From the IMG/VR virus record IMGVR_UViG_3300037631_000018, positions 1 to 31,144 of that record: a DNA stretch of 31,144 bases. One strand, given 5' to 3'. The translations under genes were made by a program, and so were the position numbers. The notes beneath the pieces were generated by a model. The model was not told the origin of the DNA. It made no database searches and was given only the letters and a program-made list of their open reading frames with translations. Shown here one piece after another: positions 8,279-18,099 of the stretch. This DNA is from a virus (lineage: Duplodnaviria; Caudoviricetes). The number at the start of each line of letters is the position of its first letter. Within the stretch, counting starts at the first letter, position 1.

Positions 8279-9878
8279 TCTCTTCTTCCTTTATCTCTTC
8301 ACGAGTTTCGTCAATAAGATCTACCAGAAGTAAACGGTCCATCTCTAGTTCTTTCAGGGCAGTGCCTTTAGTCAAAGGAATGGCTTTGTCAACAGCAGAA
8401 AGCATACTTGCGTATATTCTAGCCCTATTTCTAGGCTTCATGGCCTGTACGCCTGTGTACACTGTAGCACCAAGAACCCCTGCAGCTGTTGCTGGTACAG
8501 CGCCTCCTATGGCTCCTAAGCCTGCAGTTCCTGTAGCGCCCAGTGCTAGAACAGTGTTTGGCAACAAGTCAACAGCCTTAAGATTACGTACGGCACGACT
8601 AACGAGGTCTCTGGACTCTGCGTTACGCTTAGGTAACATGTCTTCCATGGCTGTGATACCGTGGAACTGTTTAGTCAACAGGTTATGCAGTTGATCTCCA
8701 CGGGTGTTGGCCTTGAGCGTGTCGTTTAGCACACCACGGATCTTACGGGCAGCAATAGACTTAGCACTAGGTGTTCCGTCAAAGTTGTTGATTAGGTCGT
8801 CAAACTTACGTCGAACCTCTAGTACACCCACAAGGTCTGAACCTCTGGTTTGTACTGACTCAAGGACAATCTCTGACAACTCAGTAAGCTGCTTTTGTAT
8901 GTCTCCGGTGGCTATACGAACAATGTCGTCTTTTAAGACTTCATTAACAGCCCCTTGCATGTCCTTTAGAAACTTGTCAGAGTTGATCGCTTTGTTTTGA
9001 GCAGTAATAATCTTGTCAGTCGTTTGTTTGGCTGCTTCGACTTCTTTCTGTACTTGCCTGTAGTTATAGGTGTACGAACGGTTTGGCTTTATGCCTTTCA
9101 TGTTAGTCACGGTGTCAATGACTAAGTTGTCAAACTCACTGGGCTGCCACGTTTTTGTACGCAAGGCGCCCTTTTCTTCAAACACGTCCCGCATCTCTGG
9201 AGTCACAGGCTCCAACAGAAGCGTAACACCGTCTTTTTTGTTGTCTCTGATACGTCTTGCAGCTTCTTTTTGTGCGCCTCTTTTGGCGATGTCTAGTCTA
9301 GGTATATCTGGTCTAGGACTAAACAACAGACCAACGTCCACAGTTGACTCAAAACGCTCTGCTGCTTCTGGCATACGCTCTTTAAATGCTTGGTAACCTG
9401 CGTCACCTAAAGAAGCTGCCTGAGCCGCTAGTCGGAAAGCGTCGGTGTCCTTGAGTCTTTCGTAAGCTGCTTCTGCTCCTTCCTTAACTGAATTAGGAAT
9501 CCAAGAGCTAATGTAGGTAGACAATGTTGCACCACCCGCTCTAGCTGCCTGAGAGCCTCCAATAAGGGCTAACTCTGGTGCTCGATAAAGCTGCTGTAGC
9601 AGGCTTGGGTCGTCCCCCATGATGATCTGTGATCTACGAGACACCTCAGGACCAAACCGCTCTAGTTCTCCCCTGAGGGTTTCTCGCGCAGCCATCTCAG
9701 GTTCAAACCCACGAAGTGCAGGAGGAGTAGTAGAAGGAGTGCTCAAAGAGAACGTCTGTCCCCCTGCAATACCTACCTGCGCTCCTGTTTGTGGATTAGT
9801 GGCGGTCTTAAGAGGCAACCACTGTTGTCCGTCCCAGTATACTTTTTTACCTGTTGTAGGATCAGTTGCTGTCTTCAT
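8271..9878 (-). CDS. Probable internal virion (ejection) protein
   Basis: 535 aa, helical composition, Gly/Ala-rich hydrophobic stretch near the C-terminus (VLALGATGTAGLGAIGGAVPATAAGVLGATVY); position after tail genes. Confidence 0.6.
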   Translation of the reverse strand: MKTATDPTTGKKVYWDGQQWLPLKTATNPQTGAQVGIAGGQTFSLSTPSTTPPALRGFEPEMAARETLRGELERFGPEVSRRSQIIMGDDPSLLQQLYRAPELALIGGSQAARAGGATLSTYISSWIPNSVKEGAEAAYERLKDTDAFRLAAQAASLGDAGYQAFKERMPEAAERFESTVDVGLLFSPRPDIPRLDIAKRGAQKEAARRIRDNKKDGVTLLLEPVTPEMRDVFEEKGALRTKTWQPSEFDNLVIDTVTNMKGIKPNRSYTYNYRQVQKEVEAAKQTTDKIITAQNKAINSDKFLKDMQGAVNEVLKDDIVRIATGDIQKQLTELSEIVLESVQTRGSDLVGVLEVRRKFDDLINNFDGTPSAKSIAARKIRGVLNDTLKANTRGDQLHNLLTKQFHGITAMEDMLPKRNAESRDLVSRAVRNLKAVDLLPNTVLALGATGTAGLGAIGGAVPATAAGVLGATVYTGVQAMKPRNRARIYASMLSAVDKAIPLTKGTALKELEMDRLLLVDLIDETREEIKEEESE

Positions 9879-9882
9879 ATTA

Positions 9883-11187
9883 TTAGTCCACTATGTAGTC
9901 TACGCCGCCTATTGTTACTGTTGAACCTGTAGTCAAACCAGTGTCGTCAACATCAGGTTCAACCCTTTCTGGAGGCATGTCAACCAGAGGGTAGAAAGCC
10001 ATACCTGCTTTTTCGCTTCCTTTTAGTTTGTTGTCTACCGCCCCTCTTAGGCTGTTGTATTGCTTTATGGTTCGTACATTTTGGTTACGTATAGTAGTCA
10101 ACAGTCTACGCATAGTTTCAGGACTCATTCCAATGTCGCCTGCTACTACTTTCTCTGCAAACTCTCTGTCTTTATCTGACAAACCTGTACCAGCACCCAA
10201 GTTGGTGATGTAGTCAGCAACACGTGCTCCTGCTAATGAAGCGTATTCTTCCGTGTTTTCTATCTGGTCTGCATCTGATATATCAATGCCCGCCACACGT
10301 GCTGCTCTAGCAACGTCCATTCTAAACGTAGCTCCGTAACCTGTATACATGTTGTCAATGTTTTCCAAAGACGTATCAATAGACTCAATAGAAACTACGG
10401 CTTTGTTTGCAGCATCAAGACCGTCTGACAAACGACTAACACCTTCGCCCATGATTTTTTCAGCCATTGTGCCGCTGAGGTTTTCAATGCGTTGAACTTC
10501 AGGCGGAGCCTTGCGTAGACCTATTTGTTGAGCAGAGACCCACGTGTTGTTTTCTCTGTCATATACCTGTCCACCTTCGGTACGGAAAGGCAGTACTTCG
10601 CCGTCCTTCAAGAAAAACTCAATGTCACCACCACGTTGACCCGTAAGAACGTCGTTAAACACTTGGTCAGGGGCTTTTCCTAGTTCAAGTTCGTTAAATA
10701 ACTTGTCACTAATACCTCGCTGTCTAGCCAACTGCCTCCGTTGTGCTGGTGTTTGCGTTGGCATATTCTTGAGACGATAATCAATCATAGTGCCTACAAT
10801 GTCACCAAGTTCCTTAGGGTCAGTCACGTTTTCAATCTGTACTGCTAGATTGTCAAGACCTAGGTTTTCAGCTTGGGTTTTGACCTGTGCTTTTCTATTA
10901 ACTAATGCCTGTGAGCTTGCCTCTTGAGCCGCTAAGTCTCTAGCAGCAGTAGCAAGTTTGGCTGCGTTGTTTACGTCGCCCTGCTGTTGATAAAACTGAG
11001 CCAAACCTTGAAGCCCTGCTACAGTATTAGGATCAAAACTAGCAAGCTTGTCTTTTATCGCTTGTTGTTCCTGTGCAGCAGCACGGCGCGCAGGAGCAGC
11101 GCCTATGTTTTGAGCGGCGGTAAACAGCCCTCCCATGTAAGAAGGCTGTGTTGCTGCCTGTATAAAACTTCTACCAAAACGTGCCAT
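9883..11187 (-). CDS. Probable internal virion (ejection) protein
   Basis: 434 aa, Q/A-rich N-terminus, GAGTGLSDKDREFA segment typical of podovirus ejection proteins; synteny. Confidence 0.62.
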   Translation of the reverse strand: MARFGRSFIQAATQPSYMGGLFTAAQNIGAAPARRAAAQEQQAIKDKLASFDPNTVAGLQGLAQFYQQQGDVNNAAKLATAARDLAAQEASSQALVNRKAQVKTQAENLGLDNLAVQIENVTDPKELGDIVGTMIDYRLKNMPTQTPAQRRQLARQRGISDKLFNELELGKAPDQVFNDVLTGQRGGDIEFFLKDGEVLPFRTEGGQVYDRENNTWVSAQQIGLRKAPPEVQRIENLSGTMAEKIMGEGVSRLSDGLDAANKAVVSIESIDTSLENIDNMYTGYGATFRMDVARAARVAGIDISDADQIENTEEYASLAGARVADYITNLGAGTGLSDKDREFAEKVVAGDIGMSPETMRRLLTTIRNQNVRTIKQYNSLRGAVDNKLKGSEKAGMAFYPLVDMPPERVEPDVDDTGLTTGSTVTIGGVDYIVD

Positions 11188-11189
11188 TA

Positions 11190-13835
11190 TTAGCCTCCTC
11201 CCCGATTAAAGATACGGAATAAACCTCCTCCGCTTGGGTCTAGTCCAATTACATCGTCCAAAAACTCACTAAACCCTTTACCAGTGCCTAAAACTCCTTC
11301 TCCGGTTCCAGCACCACTAGGACTTGTAGCCCCACTTAACAGACCTGAACCAGCTGTCCCAATAAGGTTAGCTTGTCCAAGGCTTGCTCCCAACAGCGCA
11401 TCAATACCAGAAGCAGTTGCCTCACCAAAGAGTCCTGTACCGTACAACTGTGCTTGTTGTGCTTGAGCCGCTGCAGTTTGTCCGGGAGACAGCGCACTTA
11501 ACAACTGTGTCTGAGGCAAGTAAGCGCCACCAAGAGCAGTAAGACCAAGCTGTTGACGTGCGCTTTGTAGACCAAGTTCCCCTCCTAAGAGACCTTGACC
11601 TGCTTGCATTGCCTGTAGTGCCTGTGCTTGACGTGCTGTGTTCAATGCTTGTCGTTGTTGTGCTAAGTTTGCACCTAAGCCCGCGTACTGTGCGCCTAGT
11701 CCTGCCTGTTGAGCCTGAAGACCTCCCGCAAGCTGTGCCAACTGAGCAGTTTGTCCAGCAGCAGTAGTAGCCCTTCCAAGACCTTCTGACTGTAGCTGTG
11801 ACTGGATCTGTTCTGCGGACAAACCAAGCTGTGCAAGCTGGGTAGCTCGTTGCTGTGATTGAGACTCCAAAGCAGACTGCGCTTGTTGTGCCTGTAGTCC
11901 TGCACCAGCCAACTGCATCTGACGACCAAAGCCTTCTGCATTCATCTGAGACTGTACCTGCTCTGAAGATAGTCCAAGTTGTGACAGTTCGTTTGCTCGT
12001 TGTTGTGCTTGTGAACGCAACGCTGACTGAGCCTGAGCAGCTTGAATACCAGCTTGACCCAGCTGTAGCTGTCTTCCAAAACCTTCAGCGTTCATTTGAG
12101 ATTGTACTTGCTCTGCTGACAACCCAAGTTGCGACAGTTGTGCTGCCCGTTGTTGTGCCTGAGACTGCAACTGACTTGACAAACCTGCTTGACCTGTGAA
12201 CAATCCACCAAATGCCTGAGCCTCACCCAAAGCCCGCTGACGTTCTGCCTGAGCTTGCTGAATAGCAGACAAGGATGCTCTGTCCTGAGCTTCTTCTTGT
12301 GCTGTAGCCAACGCAAGTTGTTCAGGGGTAGCCCCACCAAAGGCTGCTGAACGCACACCAAGGCGTCCTTGTGCAGCTAGACGCTCTTCCAAAGCAAGAC
12401 GTTGGCGCTTTTCTTCAGGGCGTTGTGTAGCTCTAATACGCTCAAAGACTTCTGCTTCTCGTGCGCCTGTAGGTCGTAACACATCTGCAGCTGCTTGTCC
12501 TGCAAGACCACCATACTGCCTACGTAAGGCTTCTACGTCAGAAGGAGCAGTAGTGTCAAGACCAGCCATTCCTAACTCTAAACCTCTAGCGCCTAACGCT
12601 CCTGCACCTGTGCGAACATCAGGGGGACGTATGCCAGCGAAAGTTTGACTAATGTCTGGAATTATTCTACTTCTTTCAGCAGCGCCAGCACCTATAGCCT
12701 CTCCTGCTAACATACCTGCGCCTGTACGAACTTCAGGAGGTGTAATACCTTCAAAAGTCTGAGTCACGTCAGTTACAGGTCCGCCTAAAACACCAACTTC
12801 ACCTAGACCAAGACGTTGGCGGCTAAGGTCTAACGCTTGTTGTCCTAGTGTTCCAACACCAGCACTAGGCTCTTGAGTTAAAAGTCCGGGCACTTGTTCT
12901 GCAAACCGTCCACGCAAGAGATTAATGTCTGCAGGCTGTGCTTCAGCGGTAGTCATAAAGTCACTACCAAGGCCGAAGGCTTGTTCAGCTGCGGCTCTTG
13001 TAGGATCAATACCAAAAGTAGGAGTAGCCATCAACTGCTGACCCCTGCCTAAAGCTCCTAGACCTGCTTGTTGTAACTGAGCAGCGCCCGGAGTAGGACC
13101 AAACATATTCCCAGCACGTCCTAAGAGGCCCCTTTGTATAGCCAACTCTTCAGGAGACAAATCCATTGTGGTGCTGAGTCGTTCTTCTGTAATGCTCTTT
13201 TCTTCTCCTGTGACGGGATCAGTATACGTTCTTTGAACAGGAGTTAGTTCAGTTCCAAACTCACCGCCAGTAGCAGTAGCAATAGTATAAGGACGAAACG
13301 TAGCCTGCGCCATTTGTTGTGCTGCAAGCTGGTCACCTAACTTCAGTCCGCGCTCGCCGATACCGCCTAATTTTTCATAAGCTCCTGTAAGAAGACCAAT
13401 ACCAGCAAGGCTTCTGCCTCCGGAGCCTGTTAAAAAGTTGTATAAGCGGTCCATTGTTGTTAAAGAAGGGTCGTCTCCACCGCCACTTAAAGTAGAAGTG
13501 TCAACTGGACGGTAACTTTGAGTTTCTAAATTAGGGTTGTTCCTTAAAAATTGAAGAGCTTCGTCTAATGTATTGAAACTCCCTTGCGTCTGTCCCGCGT
13601 TGTTTCTAAGCGTAAACCCGCCTGTGTTTTCTCCAGCTGTACTAGCGGTCGTGGCAGCAACTGAGGCATTATTAACTCCTGCATCTGCAATCATTGGAGG
13701 TCCTGAATAGCCCGGGTCTGACACTAAAGATGGAGCAGCTACGCTTTGGACGTTATCAATTGTTCCGTTAGTTGCGTAGTCATAAGCACGGGCTTCTTGA
13801 ATAGTATTAAAGGTTTGATTACCTACACGATACAT
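11190..13835 (-). CDS. Gln/Ala/Gly-rich repetitive internal virion/DNA-ejection (pilot-like) protein
   Basis: 881 aa, low in aromatic residues, long Q/A/G-rich helical repeats; first gene after the tail genes. Confidence 0.65.
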   Translation of the reverse strand: MYRVGNQTFNTIQEARAYDYATNGTIDNVQSVAAPSLVSDPGYSGPPMIADAGVNNASVAATTASTAGENTGGFTLRNNAGQTQGSFNTLDEALQFLRNNPNLETQSYRPVDTSTLSGGGDDPSLTTMDRLYNFLTGSGGRSLAGIGLLTGAYEKLGGIGERGLKLGDQLAAQQMAQATFRPYTIATATGGEFGTELTPVQRTYTDPVTGEEKSITEERLSTTMDLSPEELAIQRGLLGRAGNMFGPTPGAAQLQQAGLGALGRGQQLMATPTFGIDPTRAAAEQAFGLGSDFMTTAEAQPADINLLRGRFAEQVPGLLTQEPSAGVGTLGQQALDLSRQRLGLGEVGVLGGPVTDVTQTFEGITPPEVRTGAGMLAGEAIGAGAAERSRIIPDISQTFAGIRPPDVRTGAGALGARGLELGMAGLDTTAPSDVEALRRQYGGLAGQAAADVLRPTGAREAEVFERIRATQRPEEKRQRLALEERLAAQGRLGVRSAAFGGATPEQLALATAQEEAQDRASLSAIQQAQAERQRALGEAQAFGGLFTGQAGLSSQLQSQAQQRAAQLSQLGLSAEQVQSQMNAEGFGRQLQLGQAGIQAAQAQSALRSQAQQRANELSQLGLSSEQVQSQMNAEGFGRQMQLAGAGLQAQQAQSALESQSQQRATQLAQLGLSAEQIQSQLQSEGLGRATTAAGQTAQLAQLAGGLQAQQAGLGAQYAGLGANLAQQRQALNTARQAQALQAMQAGQGLLGGELGLQSARQQLGLTALGGAYLPQTQLLSALSPGQTAAAQAQQAQLYGTGLFGEATASGIDALLGASLGQANLIGTAGSGLLSGATSPSGAGTGEGVLGTGKGFSEFLDDVIGLDPSGGGLFRIFNRGGG
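11772..12167 (-). repeat. About 2.6 tandem copies of a 50-aa (150-bp) repeat in the 881-aa protein
   Basis: SQAQQRAAQLSQLGLSAEQVQSQMNAEGFGR / SQAQQRANELSQLGLSSEQVQSQMNAEGFGR / SQSQQRATQLAQLGLSAEQIQSQLQSEGLGR. Confidence 0.92.
12590..12770 (-). repeat. Two copies of a 38-aa-period repeat in the 881-aa protein
   Basis: DVTQTFEGITPPEVRTGAG and DISQTFAGIRPPDVRTGAG, 114 bp apart. Confidence 0.85.
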
Positions 13836-14068
13836 TAGTACGTACCTCCATCAATAGTGCCTGTTGACAGCGTACCTGTAAAAGTCAACGCAGGAATTGT
13901 CACAGTACCTGTAAAGGTAGGCGAAGCAATGTCTGCCTTTGTAGCGATAGCTGTTGATATAGCGTCGAACTCTGTTTCAAACTCAGCGCCCTTAATGATT
14001 TTACCGCTGTCACCAGAAGGTAGACTGTCCTTAGCGGCAAAGTCAGTAGTCTTTGTATAGTTACTCAT
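13835..14068 (-). CDS. Small tail-associated structural protein (fibre N-terminal/needle-like)
   Basis: MSNYTKTTDFAAKD.L.SGD..K...G.E...EFDAI.TAIATKAD..SPTFTGT, ending TIDGGTY; directly after the tail nozzle gene. Confidence 0.7.
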   Translation of the reverse strand: MSNYTKTTDFAAKDSLPSGDSGKIIKGAEFETEFDAISTAIATKADIASPTFTGTVTIPALTFTGTLSTGTIDGGTY

Positions 14069-15591
14069 AGTACTTTACCCATTAGTGCTAATACGTTGAT
14101 CTCTTGGAGAGACAAACCAGAACCGTCTATGTCTGCTTCCAACCCAATTGTTATAACTCCACCGCCTCCGGTAGTGTTTATACCACGGCGTGACGTAAGA
14201 TCACCACCTGTAAACTCTGCTGTACTGTTGTACTCGCTTTCGTTAAAGTAGCCTGTTACCTGATTACCTACTGTAAACTCTGCTGTTTGAAAAAACGAGC
14301 CAAAGTCATAAGCCCACTTAAGAAACATAATGGCACTGTTAGCACCAACAATCGTAGGACGTAGCTTTTTAAGTATCTTCAAACGTGAAGGATCACCAAA
14401 GGTCAGACCGGGACTGTAGTATTTAAAACGGTATTTTTCACCATTATCTTGATAGCCGCTGTACTCACCAATGCCTTCGCCGTTACCAATCAACAACGTC
14501 CCGTCTTCTTTTCTACCGTAAGCCGTAAACCCTGTGCCGGGCCAGCGTGTTACACGGTACGCACCGTTTTCTAGCGTGCCTCTAACATCGAAGCAAAAGG
14601 TTGTATCTTGAGCCGTGAAGGTTAATAAGTAGAAGCCTTCTTCTGGGCTGTACACAGTCCTATAAAACTCTGATTCATTCTGCAGCAGTGCGATGATGTC
14701 TTTTGTTACGTTGCCTGAAAGACTGCTGATAGGCATTGACTTTTCTTGTATTGTTCTACCAAAGCTTTTTAGACCAGTGTGTGACAAGAACAACACGTCT
14801 GTACCAGTGTGCTGCACAGTGTCCCTGTCTACGCAACCTACTCCTGCTACCGTGTCTGCTAACACCATAGTTGCTGGAGCTTCTGCACCAGAGTAAGCAA
14901 TAATGCTGTGCTTACCAAAGATAATTAGGAGTCCGTTGTGTGCTGCTAGTGCAACAATTTCGTCATAACCGTCAGGCCATACCTTAGACACGTCAATAGA
15001 TCCGCTAGTACCGCCAGACCAGTCATGTCCAATCAACAGGTCTGACCAGTAGATAGTAGACTTGTCGCTGCTAAAGTCCGCAGTCCAAAGACGGCCGTAA
15101 GCCGGTATGACTTCGTTGCCGTACATAGTAGAAGCAACACCAGCAGCACCGCTGACAGTACTGAGTTTAACTACAGCTGCACCAGCGTTATCATAAACAA
15201 GCGGTTCGTACCCACGTTGAAAAAAGTAAATCTTATTATTAAAGTTTACCATCTTCCAATTATCAGCAGTAATTGTGTAACTGCCGGGAGTTTCGTCAAC
15301 CAATGTTGTCGTACCGCTGATAATCTTGTTGTTACCTACAGAGAATATTTTTCTGTTACCACTACTATCCTCAAACTCTTTGATGCTTCTGATCTTAGCA
15401 GTACCTAGCACAGTTTTGTTTGTTGTTAAAACATTGTAGCCTTTGCGTGACGCAATACGACCACGTTTGTCAATCACTGCGTTGTCAGCAATGTCAGCAA
15501 ACGAAGGGTCTTGTGCCAGTGGAGAATCTTCTGTGTTGATTCCCTTAAACGCTGGAGCTACAAGATTGATGCTTTGTAACTGTTGAGCCAT
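14065..15591 (-). CDS. Tail nozzle / DNA stabilisation protein (tail tubular B, P22 gp10-like beta-propeller)
   Basis: 508 aa, beta-rich; FKGINT start, IYWSD, IVALAAHNGLLIIF, GVGCV, LFLS..G patterns; synteny. Confidence 0.75.
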   Translation of the reverse strand: MAQQLQSINLVAPAFKGINTEDSPLAQDPSFADIADNAVIDKRGRIASRKGYNVLTTNKTVLGTAKIRSIKEFEDSSGNRKIFSVGNNKIISGTTTLVDETPGSYTITADNWKMVNFNNKIYFFQRGYEPLVYDNAGAAVVKLSTVSGAAGVASTMYGNEVIPAYGRLWTADFSSDKSTIYWSDLLIGHDWSGGTSGSIDVSKVWPDGYDEIVALAAHNGLLIIFGKHSIIAYSGAEAPATMVLADTVAGVGCVDRDTVQHTGTDVLFLSHTGLKSFGRTIQEKSMPISSLSGNVTKDIIALLQNESEFYRTVYSPEEGFYLLTFTAQDTTFCFDVRGTLENGAYRVTRWPGTGFTAYGRKEDGTLLIGNGEGIGEYSGYQDNGEKYRFKYYSPGLTFGDPSRLKILKKLRPTIVGANSAIMFLKWAYDFGSFFQTAEFTVGNQVTGYFNESEYNSTAEFTGGDLTSRRGINTTGGGGVITIGLEADIDGSGLSLQEINVLALMGKVL

Positions 15592-15598
15592 AACTACC

Positions 15599-16246
15599 TC
15601 ACGGCGTATAGAAGATTACTTCTTCTGGGTGCTTTTGAGCGTCTAGTGCAATGGCATCAGACAAGTATCTGTCAGCAATAGCAAAGTACTCAGGAGCAGA
15701 CGTACCGCCTGTTTCACCACGTTCACGAGCCAACAGAGCAATTGCCATGTGAATTACAGGCATTGAAGGCACCGTTAGTTCGTCTGAGTCCGCTGACAAA
15801 TCAGCTTGTCTTTTGACACAGTTAAAACGAATGGTGTACTCTTTGTCCGGAGTAGGGTAAACGTCAATCTGAGTGTCACCACTGCTGTCTACGCCGTTGT
15901 ACGTGTAGCACGTAGGCGCTCCTGTACGTGGATCAGAGATCAGGTAAGCTTCGTCAAAGAACGTAGCTGTCTTGTACTCCATAAACAAATTAGCTGTGTC
16001 GTTGATTACATTAAGTGCTTTGATTCTGTTTTCGCTTCCAGTAAGAACGTAATTGAAGATGTCAGAAGTAGTAGTAATCGTTAGGGTAGTCCTAAGGGCA
16101 GACCAGTCCCACGCATCTTCTACCATTCGCTTTGCGTCGTTTACAAAGTCCCCTACCATCTTACCATAAGTACTAGAAGAAACAGAGGTAACTTCTTCTT
16201 CTCGTAATCTACGCAATACGTTGTTTACTAAATTTAAATAAGTCAT
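15599..16246 (-). CDS. Head-tail adaptor / tail tubular protein A
   Basis: [19 protein letters not shown]...V....W..L and YPTPD..Y motifs; 215 aa; upstream of the nozzle gene. Confidence 0.78.
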   Translation of the reverse strand: MTYLNLVNNVLRRLREEEVTSVSSSTYGKMVGDFVNDAKRMVEDAWDWSALRTTLTITTTSDIFNYVLTGSENRIKALNVINDTANLFMEYKTATFFDEAYLISDPRTGAPTCYTYNGVDSSGDTQIDVYPTPDKEYTIRFNCVKRQADLSADSDELTVPSMPVIHMAIALLARERGETGGTSAPEYFAIADRYLSDAIALDAQKHPEEVIFYTP

Positions 16247-17751
16247 ACCTTTTTCCTATTTAGGAACATATTTGTAAGCATACCTGCTGCAAGATCATTA
16301 GCACTTGGTAAGCGCATTGGTTGTATTGGCTGAGGTAAAATTAAAGGCTGTAACTGTGGAGAAACATAATCTATATTTGTCATGAAAGGTTGTGCTTTAG
16401 GAAAAGTAGGTGTTGTGCTAGCAAGTAATCCAGTTCCAATACCATCTCCAATTCCATCACCATCACCATCACCATCACCATCACCATCACCATCACCATC
16501 ACCATCACCATCACCATCACCATCGCCATCGCCGTCACCATCACCTTCACCGGGTTCAGGCCCGGGTCCGGGTTCGGGTCCGGGTTCAGGTCCGGGTTCA
16601 GGTTCAGGTCCGGGTCCGGGTTCAGGCTCAGGATCAGGATCTGGATCTGGCTCAGGGTCTGGCCCGGGATCTGGCTCAGGTTCTGGGTCAGGCTGAGGTT
16701 GAGGATCTAACTCGACAAAATCATCAGGCATACAAACACCAAAAAAATCGTTGTATGTAAAACCCGGATCACATTTTCTTTTTACTAAATCTTCTTCTTC
16801 TTCTATTCCGCTTTCTTCTTCGTCTCCGATACTATATCTCTCGCCTACTCTTGTTATAGAGTCATAGTACTCTCTGTAGTAAGGATTATTAATGTAAACA
16901 GGATCAGTATAAATTTCACCTGTAAAGACATTTCTATATTGACCGTTTCCAAGATACTCCCAAGGATGTTCTTCATCAACAGGCTCATTTTCATCAGTGC
17001 CTCCATCAGTGTCTCCATCAGTGTCTCCGCCACCGCCGCCACCACCGCCGCCACCACCGGGAGGTTGATCTGGATTAAAGTTAGGCGGGAAATTAATTAC
17101 GTAAACAATGCCTGTTTCTGGATCAGTCCACGTACCACTTTCAAAAATTTCATTAGTTATTTCAACATCAGGAAACTGTGTTTCAAATTCTTCTAAAGAT
17201 ACTGTTTCTTGTTGTGGAGTTTCTTCTTCTTCTTCTTCGTCTCCTTCTCCACCGTCAGGTTCACCACCACCGGGGTCTCCTGTTTCTTGTTGTGCCAACC
17301 ATTGTTGAAAACCACCAGCTGCTTGTATTTCTTGTGCAATAACTAACAACTCTTCAGAACTAGATCCTTCGATAGCTGTTAAAAGAGTATCAATAGTTTC
17401 TTCATCAAGACCCGCAACATTTCCCTGAGTGCCTGCCATGACATCCATAAGAATGTCAAAGATAGTTTCAACATCTTCGAAGTCTGTAGGTTGTTGACCT
17501 TCTCCCGGGGTTAGCTCCATAATGTCTAAAGGAGTTCTGCCTTCAAACTGCGCCAAGTAGTTGGATAGTGCGTTTGCTCTTGCTTCGTCTTGCAACATAG
17601 AAATAGTGGAAGGGTCAGTAATAGAATACTGTCCAAACAAACCACCGCCACCTACGTCACCAGACTGGAAACGTTCGACGGCTTCTTGGCCGAGTTCTTC
17701 TGGAATCGGCGTTTGACCGATCTCTCGCAAAAGGTCTTCTAATGTTGCCAT
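16243..17751 (-). CDS. Very acidic low-complexity protein (poly-G, PE/PD/PG and GD repeats)
   Basis: 502-aa ORF tightly coupled to both neighbours; D/E-rich with very few K/R. Confidence 0.8.
   Translation of the reverse strand: MATLEDLLREIGQTPIPEELGQEAVERFQSGDVGGGGLFGQYSITDPSTISMLQDEARANALSNYLAQFEGRTPLDIMELTPGEGQQPTDFEDVETIFDILMDVMAGTQGNVAGLDEETIDTLLTAIEGSSSEELLVIAQEIQAAGGFQQWLAQQETGDPGGGEPDGGEGDEEEEEETPQQETVSLEEFETQFPDVEITNEIFESGTWTDPETGIVYVINFPPNFNPDQPPGGGGGGGGGGGDTDGDTDGGTDENEPVDEEHPWEYLGNGQYRNVFTGEIYTDPVYINNPYYREYYDSITRVGERYSIGDEEESGIEEEEDLVKRKCDPGFTYNDFFGVCMPDDFVELDPQPQPDPEPEPDPGPDPEPDPDPDPEPEPGPGPEPEPGPEPGPEPGPGPEPGEGDGDGDGDGDGDGDGDGDGDGDGDGDGDGDGIGDGIGTGLLASTTPTFPKAQPFMTNIDYVSPQLQPLILPQPIQPMRLPSANDLAAGMLTNMFLNRKKV
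16454..16549. repeat. Hexanucleotide microsatellite (CCATCA)n encoding (GD)n
   Basis: 11 perfect CCATCA units from 16454, followed by degenerate units. Confidence 0.95.
16550..16705. repeat. Degenerate 6/12-bp tandem repeats encoding a (P-E/D/G)n linker
   Basis: CCGGGTTCAGG / GGATCTGGCTCAGG type units; protein [15 protein letters not shown]...PGPEPG. Confidence 0.85.
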
Positions 17752-17752
17752 T

Positions 17753-18097
17753 TTACTTCTTCCAGTTAGCTAAACCACGAATACCAAACGATGCTGCAAC
17801 AGCAGCCCCCAAGAAACCTTTGTACCAATCAGGCATACCGTCTAAAGCAGCAAACCCTTGCATAACTACAGGCACCATGCTAGGAAAGAACGCAAGTATA
17901 CATGGTACTGAAAACAAAATAGTAAACCATTCGTCTTTCCATGAACTGCTTGCGTTGTTTGCATGAATGTTTTCCCAGTTACTATCCTGCTTAATTGCCT
18001 CTAGCTTACGCTCGTGTACTGCCTTCTTCTCTTCAGCCTTACGCTCAAGATGACCGCCAACAAGATTTACCAAAGGGTTAATCAGGGTTTGCCACAT
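17753..18097 (-). CDS. Membrane protein, holin-like (3TM-holin type)
   Basis: SWKDEW followed by hydrophobic [14 protein letters not shown] and [19 protein letters not shown]; basic C-terminus. Confidence 0.65.
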   Translation of the reverse strand: MWQTLINPLVNLVGGHLERKAEEKKAVHERKLEAIKQDSNWENIHANNASSSWKDEWFTILFSVPCILAFFPSMVPVVMQGFAALDGMPDWYKGFLGAAVAASFGIRGLANWKK

Positions 18098-18099
18098 AT

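Noticed and set aside
16382-16696. Plus-strand (PS)n/(GS)n ORF
   Set aside because: Antisense shadow of the GD/PE repeat tract, which lacks stops by construction; no SD.
16550-16705. Collagen-like domain
   Set aside because: Periodicity is two residues (P-x, G-D), not Gly-X-Y.
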